From Octopus vulgaris (taxonomy: Eukaryota): a DNA stretch of 64,000 nucleotides. Shown piece after piece: positions 54,174 through 64,000 of this stretch (its first letter is position 1; the number at the start of each line of letters is the position of its first letter). The DNA lies in contig OX597824.1 of the NCBI GenBank assembly GCA_951406725.2, forward strand, positions 27,342,001-27,406,000, in the 5' to 3' direction. Under the pieces are notes generated by a model. The model did not search any database, was not told where the DNA came from, and was given only the letters and a program-made list of their open reading frames with translations. Both the position numbers and the translations under genes were made by a program.

Positions 54174-54554
54174 GGAAGCGCAATGGCCCAGTGGTTAGGG
54201 CAGCGGACTCGCGGTCATAGGATCGCGGTTTCGATTCCCAGACCGGGCGTTATGAGTGTTTATTGAGCGAAAACACCTAAAGCTCCACGAGCTCCGGCAG
54301 GGGATGGTGATGATCCCTGCTGTACTCTTTCACCACAACATTCTCTCACTCTTACTTCCTGTTTCTGTTGTACCTGTATTTCAAAGGGCCGGCCTTGTCA
54401 CTCTCTGTGTCACGCTGAATATCCCCGAGAACTACGTTAAGGGTACACGTGTCTGTGGAGTGCTCGGCCACTTACACGTTAATTTCACGAGCAGGCTGTT
54501 CCGTTGATTCGGATCAACCGGAACCCTCGTCGTCGTAACCGACGGAGTGCTTCC
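54174..54554 (+). mobile_element. Full-length tRNA-derived SINE (family 1 variant)
   Basis: A box TGGCCCAGTGG, B box GGTTTCGATTCC; 10-bp TSD ACTGTATAGT (54164-54173 and 54555-54564). Confidence 0.92.
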
Positions 54555-55117
54555 ACTGTATAGTTCAGAGGTCGACGTAGATCATCTTGATCCAGTCATC
54601 TTCCAGTACGCTGCTTAATCGTCCATTTTACCTAGCATTGTTACTAGTTATGATCTACAGAAAATATGTAGCGGAAAATTAAGATAAACGTGAAAATACA
54701 GCAATCTCGTTCACAAATGCAATAAATTGTTCCATCGATGATCCATTATTTCCAGGCATCCAAATGCTCTTGGAACTCTCAATGTAGAGTTCTAAGTAAC
54801 CGCAATAGTAAAACGTATGCAGGGATTATTCATTCGTACTAATTGTTTTCTTACGTTCACATACACACTCTCATACCTCTCCGCTATTTCTCTCTCTCTC
54901 TCAGTAAGCCCTCGCTAAATTGCGCTTCACCTATCGCGCACTCAGTACATTGCGGATTTTTCTGGTTAACATATGTAAATTTATATCGCGGACTCCTCAG
55001 TATATTCGAATTTCTACGTCCGATAGATATTTATATTTTTTTCGATCTTAATCATTTCTGTGGGAGGGTTTGAAACATAACACCCGCGATGCAATAGTCG
55101 AGGGAATACGGAATACC

Positions 55118-55156
<39 letters not shown>

Positions 55157-55438
55157 AACTTTTTTTCGTAATGAGATAAAAGACCAAGGCTAATCTACAC
55201 AGCCTTAGTTTTTTTATCTCATTACGGAAAAAAAAATTTATATACATACGCTGATATATGACCTACGTTGGACCTTTTATTCGTATAATCACCGAACCTG
55301 GAACTTAACTATGTTCTATCCATATCACTTATTCAGCATTACCTGACACCTTTGGCTCTCACTGACACCATCTCAAAACCTCTCTCTCTCTAAATATATA
55401 TGTATGTATGTATGCATGTATGTATGTATGTATGTATG

Positions 55439-55487
<49 letters not shown>

Positions 55488-55490
<3 letters not shown>

Positions 55491-55730
55491 TGAAAAGGGG
55501 TCGAATTAATTAATTATTAATAAATTCGACCAAGCAGTATTCGGTATGTAAAGACCATTTACGGTATATTTGAAGTATTAATTTATAAAAATATGGTAAA
55601 GTAAAGAATTCACTCGAATTTTCAGAAATAGCAGCCAAAAATTTCTATTTCTTCAACTGCTCTCCAGACTGCATACTCAGAATTCTGAGTTATTTTTCTG
55701 AGTATGCATTGTCTGGAGACTTTTATTTAT
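55488..55730 (-). mobile_element. PLE-like terminus between (TA)n tracts, with short fold-back and collapsed hammerhead
   Basis: TCTCCAGAC.GCATACTCAGAA / TTCTGAGTATGCA..GTCTGGAGA; minus strand AGCAG-TTGAAGA-aata-GAAA..CTGCT with stem II missing. Confidence 0.5.
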
Positions 55731-55749
55731 ATATATGAAAAGTTGTATG

Positions 55750-55793
<44 letters not shown>

Positions 55794-55914
55794 TGTGTAT
55801 ATATATATGTACATATATATATATACATACACACACATATATATATGTATTTATGTATACATAAAAATGCAGAGCTGTTTGTGTAGGCGCTGGCGTAGTT
55901 GTGTAGGCCCAAGA

Positions 55915-56381
55915 GTGGTGGTGTGGTATGAAGGTTGCTTTCCAATCACATGGTTCGAAATTTAGCTCCATTGTGTAGAACTGTAGACAAGTGTCTTTTA
56001 CCAAGGCTTCGCGAGTGGATTTGGTAGACGGAAACTGAAAGAAGCCCGTTGTATATGTGTCTTCTACTATAGCCTCGGGCCGACCAAAGCCTTGTGAGTG
56101 GATTTGGTAGACGGAAACTGAAAGAAGCCCGTCGTATATATGTATATATGTATATGTGTGTGTGTATGTGTTTGAGTGTCTGTGTTTGTCCCCCTAGTAT
56201 TGCTGATACTGGTGTGTTTATGTCCCCCGTCACTTAGCGGTTCGGCAAAAGAGATCGATAGAATAAGTACTGGGCTTACAAAGAATAAGTCCCGGGGTCG
56301 AGTTGCTCGACTAAAGGCGGTGCTCCAGCATGGTCACAGTCAAATGACTGAAACAAGTAAAAGAGTAAAAGAGTAAAAGAG
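55915..56381 (+). mobile_element. SINE family 2 composite (partial copy plus well-preserved 3' copy)
   Basis: GTGGATTTGGTAGACGGAAACTGAAAGAAGCCCG occurs twice; intact 3' tail. Confidence 0.88.
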
Positions 56382-57058
56382 AATATATATGAGAGTTTGT
56401 GTGTGTGTTTGATCCCACCACCGCTTGACTACCAGTATGCACCGCTGTTGGTGTTTTCAAATTCCTGTAGGGTGTCGGTGGAGGCGCGTGGCTTAGTGTT
56501 TAGGGTGCTGGATTCACGACCGTAGGATTGTGCTTTCCATCCCTATACCGTGCGATTCGTTATGTTCTTGAGCAAGACACTTCATCACACGATACTCCAG
56601 TCACAGTTGGTAGAAATGAGTTTATTCTGGAGGGGGATGTGCTCCGCCAGGCGTTCTCGCCCTGGATACGCTGCATGGCTGCAGCGCACCATCGATCCAC
56701 AAGTGCTTCAAGGACTTGTCAATTGCCAACCTGTTGGTTCTGCAAAAGAGACAGATTAAATAAATACCAAACTTTAAAAAAACAATTAAGTACTGGGGGC
56801 GATTCTTTCGATTAGATATACTTCAAGTTTGTGCCCCTGCATCACTGCAATGTAAGGATAGAAATGAGTACAAAAAAGATAAAAGGACGATGTTCAAACG
56901 AAGAGCAAAAAAAAAAACTATTTAATTTTTAGTATGGACCGACCCAATCACAGATAAATTGATACCCAACCAATTAACCCTTTCGAAATTGAAACCTAAC
57001 CATTTATGGAATAAAAACCGTAAATGTCACATAATTTAGATGAATCTAATTTAATACC

Positions 57059-57290
57059 TGCAAAGTGGAAGGTGTTTATAAGCCATTTAAAATCACGCAG
57101 AAACCGTTGGATTCACTTCAACATTAAGCACGGAATTTTGTCAGTGATCAGGTCGGGTATCAAAGCGACGAAAATATTTTGGTAAATTGAATTTAAATGT
57201 TGAAGTGAATCTAACGGTTTTTTTTGTGTTCTTTAAATGGCTTATAAACACCTTCCACGCTGCAATTGAGTTTGCTTCAGCACAGGATTT
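57059..57290. repeat. Fold-back insert with central hammerhead
   Basis: GTGGAAGGTGTTTATAAGCCATTTAAA..AAACCGTT.GATTCACTTCAACATT is inverted at ~57197-57258. Confidence 0.88.
57137..57186 (+). ncRNA. Minimal hammerhead motif with G3-C8 core variant
   Basis: TTTGTCA-GTGATCA-G-GTCG-(10 nt)-CGAC-GAA-A-ATAT-T-T-TGGTAAA. Confidence 0.65.
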
Positions 57291-57294
57291 TTAG

Positions 57295-57676
57295 TCAAAT
57301 AAGCAAATACAATCATTCATCAACAGATGCTTGCGTAGTATACTTAAAATTAGATGACCTGAACACATAAGCAATATGGAGCTATGGCAAAGAACAAATC
57401 AAGTTTCGATTAGGGAGCAAATATTTAAGAAAAAGTGGAAGTGGACTGGTAGCACAATTAGAAAAGACACACCAAATGTAGCGAAAGCTGTTTTACAGTG
57501 GAATACAGATGGATATAGAAAGAAAGGTAGGCCTAAGAACTCGTTGCGTAGATCAACACAAAAGTAACTAGAGAAAGGGGAATATTTATGGCAGAGTATA
57601 AGTACAGAAGTGGAAAATTATGCGACATGGAATTCAATTATAAGTAGCCTATACTCCACGTTGGAGAGTTAAAGGC
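57295..57676 (+). mobile_element. RTE-clade LINE 3' fragment (pseudogenised)
   Basis: FINRCLRSILKIR*PEHISNMELWQRTNQ..KWKWTG..LQWNTDGYRKKGRPKNS. Confidence 0.9.
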
Positions 57677-58564
57677 AGAACAGAAAAGAAAGACAGGATT
57701 CCAGATCATGTTACTTGTTATGCAACTACATCTCCTTAATTTACTACTGGATTAGATTAATCGAGATTAGTTTGCTCTTCTTAGTGGGTAAAATGAATAG
57801 ATACAGTAAAAATGGATGTGTTTGATTATAAATCTTCTGAACGGGGAATGCTACGGCAAAAAATCGACGTTGATGACAACAATAACAACAACGATTGCAG
57901 CAGCAGGAAAGAATAAAGCCAGGCACAACCACGACAATAATTAGAACAATAATGTCGAAAGCAGAAATAGCCATCACTAACACTATCATCACCGTCAGAA
58001 CAACGCAAATGACAATCCCAAAACCAACGTCAAAAACAACAATAACGACAACGTCTACTACAAAGATGGCGACGACGACGACGACCACCATCACCACCAC
58101 CATATACACACACACACACATACACACACATATATATATATACGACGGGCTCCTTTCAGTTTCCGTCTACCAAATCCACTCAAAAGGCTTTGGTCGGCCC
58201 GAGGCTATAGTAGAAGACAATTGCCCAAGGTACCAGGCAGTGGGAATGAACCTGGAATCATGTGGTTGGTAAGCAAGCTACCTACCACACAGCCACTCCT
58301 GTATACAAAATGTAAAGCGACGAGTTGAAGATATCGTTAGCAAGCCGGACGAAACGCTTTGCGGTATTTCGTCTGACCTTATGTATCCCGAGTTTAAATT
58401 CTACCGAGGCTGACTCCGCCTTTCATACTTTAGGTATCCATGACATAAGTACCAGTTGATCACCAGGATCGTTGCAATCGATTTAGCCCCTCCTCCGAAA
58501 ATGCAGGCCTTGTGCTAAAATTTGAAACCGATATATATATATAGGAGAATTTTTTTTGTTTTGT

Positions 58565-59339
58565 TGTTTGTTCCTTCTCGAACCAAGCCTGGCTCATAAG
58601 GTCCGGTTTCCCGGGTTCTTGGCGTATAGGTTCCCCACCTGGACGGGACGCCAGTTCGTCGCAGGTGAGCTGCAAGATGCAGGAGGAAAGAGTGAGAGAA
58701 AGTTGTGGCGAAAGAGTTAGCAGAAGTTTCGCCATTACCTTCTGCCGGAGCCGCGTGGAGCTTAGGTGTTTCGCTCATAAACACACACATCACCCGGTCT
58801 GAGATTCGAACCCGCGCGATTCCTCGACCGCGAGTCCGCTGCTTTAACCGCTAGGCCATGTGTGTCCACATATACGAGAAATGACAACAAACGTAAAATC
58901 TTGACAACCCAATCTGTATTAATTTATATCTCCGTTGTATTGTAGTTGTGCTTTTTGTTCCTTCTTCTCGAGCCATGCCTGGCTCATAAAGGCCGGTTTC
59001 CCGGTTTCATTGGAGTATAGGTTCCCCACCTGGACGGGACGCCAGTTCGTCGCAGGTGAGCTGCAAGATGCAGGAGGAAAGAGTGAGAGAAAGTTGTGGC
59101 GAAAGAGTCAGCAGAAGTTTCGCCATTTCTTTCTGCCGGAGCCGCGATGGAGCTTAGGTGTTTCGCTCATAAACACACACACCGTCCGGTCTGAGATTCG
59201 AACCCGCGCGATCCCTCGACCCGACCTCGAGTCCGCTGCTCTAACCGCTAGGCCATGTGCCTCCACATATACGAGAAATGACAACAAACGTAAAATCCTG
59301 ACAACCCATTCTGTATTAATTTATATCTCCGTTGTATTG
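58565..59339 (-). mobile_element. Tandem duplication of a tRNA-derived SINE plus ~70 bp flank
   Basis: SINEs at ~58565-58869 and ~58955-59266, each followed by ATACGAGAAATGACAACAAACGTAAAATC..TCCGTTGTATT. Confidence 0.9.
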
Positions 59340-60210
59340 GAGCTGTGTATTAGCTGAGACGATTTAAAACATGCGTTTATAGTGACGAAATGAACGGTGA
59401 GAGAAACATACTGTAAACCTTCTTGTCACGTTTGTTATCAACACTACATCCATTTACCTCTTAACTAACCAGCCATATACTAATCTGATAATCAATCAAT
59501 TTTGTTTTTAAATCAAATTATCTTCTTTTCTCTTCGTTTTCTCCTCTCTTTTTTCCCCCTTCCTCGTCTTTTACTCTCCATTTTCTTGTTATTCAATTGT
59601 TTCGTTTACCTGCTGTTTCTACAAATATTACGAGCGATGGCGGCGAGGATGTTGAGGGCGATTGAGATGACGGCGTTGAAGACGGCGGTGATGGTAATGA
59701 AGATGTGATGATGGCGATGAAGATCGCAATGGTGGCGAGGAGAACCGTGACGATGGTGTTGAGAGACGATGATGACAATGATGTGGACGGCGATGATCGA
59801 AATAGTGACGGTGGATTTAACGATCTCTACAAGAACAATGGTTTCACATTTTGGCACAAGGTCAGCAATTTCGGCGTAAATCGACCGCATCGACCTCCAG
59901 TATTCCAGATGGTACTTATTTTATTGATCCTGAAATGATTAAAGACAAAGTTAACCTCTGAGGGATTTGAACTTAGAATGTACGGACTGACGAAATTGTG
60001 CTAAGCATTTCGCCCGGTGCGCAGACGATTCTGCCAGCTCGTCGCTTTAATAATAATAATAATGATAATAATAATAATAATAATAATAAGAAGAACAACA
60101 ATAATAATAATAAGAAGAAGACGAAGAAGTAGAAGAAGAAGAGGAAGAGGAAGAAGAAGAAGAAGAAGAAGAAGAAGAAGAAGAACAACAACAACAACAC
60201 AAACAAAAAC

Positions 60211-60284
<74 letters not shown>

Positions 60285-60291
60285 TAATAAT

Positions 60292-60832
60292 AAGTACCAG
60301 GCAGTGGCTCTCATGGCTTCTGATCTTACCTGATTGGAAGTGTTATGTACATTGTTTTGTCCTGGTATAAAAGATGGGCTACAGCAAATATTCTGCTCAA
60401 TGCCACACATTTGCTTGTCAGTTGTTTGACCGTAACCAGTTGAGCATGTCCCTTAGTGGCTGACGATATGTGCATCTCTGATCACGAGCAGAAGCAGTGG
60501 GGGAGTATCATAGCCATGTGTTGAGAGGGATTCTTTGGGGTTTGAATAATTCACCTCTGGAAACATGGGTGGTTCTTTCAACATCCTTAAACAACCCTTA
60601 TTCAGGGACCTTTTGACGGGATGGGCTACTCAACTTGAAGAAAATTCTAACTGGGCCCCACCTGCAAGGTCATGTGCTGTTTATCTTGATATGAGATCAC
60701 CATGTCGCTCACATATGTTTGTGATGCATGTGCCTGGTGTACCCTTATCAGACGGGTAGTCATGATGGGTATATTGGGCTTCGTATATTTTACCCCAGTG
60801 TCACCTTGATGGCATGAACTGCTCTCTCACTC
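60292..60832 (+). mobile_element. Interspersed repeat family 4, long copy embedded in (TAA)n/(GAA)n
   Basis: Homologous to 22842-23244; flanked by TAA arrays. Confidence 0.8.
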
Positions 60833-60901
<69 letters not shown>

Positions 60902-60966
60902 AAGAAGAAGAAGAAGAAGAAGAAGAAGAAGAATAAGAAGAAGAAGAAGAATAACAACAACAAGAA

Positions 60967-61028
<62 letters not shown>

Positions 61029-61082
61029 GGGTGAGACTTGGAGCCAACTTGTACAAATATAAAGCAAAAGTCAAACATAGAA
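61029..61082 (+). mobile_element. Extremely 5'-truncated copy of the R4/Dong-like 3' UTR in (TAA)n
   Basis: GGGTGAGACTTGGAGCCAACTTGTACA..TAAAGCAAAAGTCAAACATAGAA is the reverse complement of 43041-43094. Confidence 0.85.
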
Positions 61083-61304
61083 TAATAATAATAATAATAT
61101 TTTCTACTCTAGGTGCAAGGTCCGAAAATTTTGGGGTCGGGGCAAGTCAATTACATCGGGCTCAGTATGCAACTGGTACTTAATTTATCGACCCCTAAAG
61201 GATGAAATGCACAGTCGACCTTTGCGGAATTTGAACTCTGAACGTAAAGATGGACGAAATGCCGATGGATTAAGGATTCTGCCAGCTCGCTGTCTTAATT
61301 AGTA

Positions 61305-61905
61305 CAGTAATAACACCGATAATGAAGACGACGACAAGTAAAAGAGTAAAACTGCGCAATCTGCAGAAAGAGAAGCAGAGGCAGTAACGACAATGACATC
61401 AACACGAACAACATCATCATCACCATCCACAGTGTCAATGATAATAAGAGCGATAGAAACAGCAGCGATAACATGATCAGCAGTAACATTAAAAAGAGTA
61501 TAAACAGGAGCAGCAGCAGCAGCAGCAGCGGCGGCAGCAGCAGCGGCGGCAGCAGCAGCAACAATAACAACAACAATATCAATGACAAAAATAACAGCAG
61601 CAGCAGCAGCGATAAAAAACAACAACAAAACAGCAGCAGCAGTGGCTGCAATGGTAGAAGCAGCGGTCACAGCAGCAGCAATGATAACAGCAACAACAGC
61701 AACAACCACGACAACAACAGTAACTGAAGTAAGCAAGCACAGCATCAGTAACAACATCAACAACATCGGCAGCATCAGCATCAGCAACAACAACAACAAC
61801 AACAACAACAACAGCAACTTCGACAGCAGCAGCAGCAGCAGGAGCAGCAACGATGACAACATTGACAGCAGCAAAAACTGCAGCGACTGCAAAAACAACA
61901 GCAAC

Positions 61906-61936
<31 letters not shown>

Positions 61937-62198
61937 GCAAAAGCAGCAGCAACGACATTAGCAACAACAACAGCAACTTTAACAGCAGCAGCAGCAACGA
62001 TGACAACGTTAACAACGGCAAAAACTGCAAAAGCAACAACAACAACAACAACAATAATAATAATAATAATAATAATAATAGCAAAAGCAGCAGCAACGAC
62101 AGCAGCAACAATAACAACAACAACAACAGCAGCAACAACCACAGCAATAATTGTAACAGCAGCAGCAACAACAATGACAAGGCAGCGGCGACACTGCA

Positions 62199-62229
<31 letters not shown>

Positions 62230-62598
62230 CAACAACAACAACAGTAACCTGAACAGCGGCAGCAGCAGCAGAAGCAGCTGTGTACAATAACAATATCAAC
62301 AGCAAAAACAGCAGCAGCAGCAGCAGCAGCAACGACAAGAAGAACAACAGCAGCAGTAACTTGCACCAGCAGCAGCAGCAACAACAACAACAACAACAAC
62401 AACGACGACAAGAACAACAACAATAACAACAACAATTGCCACAGCAGTAACAGCTGCAACAATAATAAAAACAACATGAATAGCAACATCAACAACAACA
62501 ACAACAACAACAAAAACAACGACAAAAGTAACAACAGCAGCAGCAGCGGCAGCACCGGCAGCAGCAACAACAGCAGCAGCGGCAGTAGCAGCAGCTTC
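61305..62598. repeat. Compound (CAG/CAA/AAC/AAT)n array with internal ~125-bp duplication
   Basis: CAGCAACTT..ACAGCAGC..GATGACAAC..GCAAAAACTGCA..(AAT)n-AGCAAAAGCAGCAGCAACGAC occurs twice (~61811-61957 and ~61971-62100). Confidence 0.9.
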
Positions 62599-64000
62599 GC
62601 TATTGCTTCTTGTCTTTCTATACAAATGTTCTTATTGTATTCGCTGTCGCCGATTTTATAATTAACCTTTAATGAATTATATTGATTAAGTACCTAAGCG
62701 GCCGACATCTTACTGCTGATATTTAGCCATCATGGCGGATATTTCGTTAGTGAATCGATCAGGCGGATTTATCGTGTTTCCTCTCCGTTTCATTGGCTAT
62801 TTCTCCGTGTTCATCATTGTTTATGCATTAAACAACATTTCCACGCTGCATCAACAGGATAACAGGTCTTTCAGCAGCCATTAACTACTACAAAGACGCC
62901 ATTCTATCATGTACTGTCTTTCTTTCTCTCTCTCTGTCTCTTTTTCTCACCCTTTTTTCTCTCTCTCTCTCTCGCTTTTACACTCTATTCTCTGTCAGAA
63001 CTATGATTATATTAAGTCGATATGGATTCATGCAAGCACACGCACACATTATTCTCTCCCACTCATTCAGTCAGTCTCTCACTCACTCACTCACTCACTC
63101 ACTCACTCACTCACTGTGTATCATACAGACATAACAGACACATACATAGGCAGCTTGTCACATCACAATCTCTCGCTTCTTCTAAGAACACACACACGCA
63201 CACACACATACACACACACAGAAGCAAACACACATGCACGTACACACGCGTACAGAAAATCTCCATTTTTGCAAACATATACACACCGTATTGTAAAGAA
63301 TTCTCACTCGTCTTGTTTATACACACGTTATCTGATGGAATATCTCCATCTGTAGTCCTCTTCCACACTTACAGGGATTCTTATGAATAACATTTCGACA
63401 TATGAATGATTTATAATGAAATACCCAAGCAGAATTCTCATTGTTCTATAAGAATCTCCATCAACATTCTCCCATTTTCTTCCTTAACAGATTCAATCTC
63501 TATCAAAAAGTAAATAGAATCAAAATAGAATAAATTAATCATTATTCCAATCAGAAATATGACTTTCCTTTTGGTTGAATCACTAATGATGATTTCATTT
63601 CTATATAAATATTAACTTGATAGTCACCGCAGGTTTTGCATTAGAAACCCACTATTTCTTTTGTTAGGCGCTGAGTGGATAAACCAGGGCCAGTCAAATG
63701 AGTAAAGCAATGGATCCCAAATCTTTTCGGTCCACTAGTCCCTACTTTTTATCCTAAATGATCTCAACTGAATAACATACACCCACGTGAATCAGTAACA
63801 CAGTATAAGAGAGAATAATAAGACAGTAGGAATGTGAGAGCAAATATCAGTAAAACCAGCAACTCCATCCCTCTTTTTTGACGGGGATGGGGTCCCCCCA
63901 CCAAACACAGTTATAAATTAATCATCTCCATTTCATAATTGGAATGAACGGTAAAACTCGCGGCACACAGCAGCGGAGCATCCACTGTGAAATACTTTTT

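Noticed and set aside
61295-62661. 423-aa poly-Leu ORF and poly-Gln/Asn/Ser ORFs
   Set aside because: Open frames arise from trinucleotide repeats on both strands; no splice or domain evidence.

Overview
AT-rich eukaryotic intronic/intergenic DNA packed with microsatellites ((TA)n, (CA)n, (GA)n, (TATC)n, (TACA)n, (TAA)n, (GAT)n, (CAG/CAA)n). The SINE families and repeat make-up resemble Octopus (an inference, not checked). Nearly all ORFs in the supplied track are translated microsatellites, and no intact host gene is visible. The window holds four SINE-like families in many copies, decayed Tc1/mariner-superfamily transposons, RTE, CR1-like and R4/Dong-like LINE remnants, a non-autonomous Helitron, a DINE/HINE-like element and a Penelope-like (PLE) RT fragment. 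The main unexplained structure is a set of short inserts from several unrelated sequence families whose 3' ends mostly abut (TA)n tracts. Together they carry about 17 intact, variant or decayed type-I hammerhead ribozyme motifs, many with a minimal or palindromic stem III, and one has a compensatory G3-C8 core. Many of the inserts are head-to-head fold-back palindromes. I read this as a (TA)n-targeting PLE/retrozyme-like system. All structures were paired by eye, and coordinates of degenerate elements are approximate.
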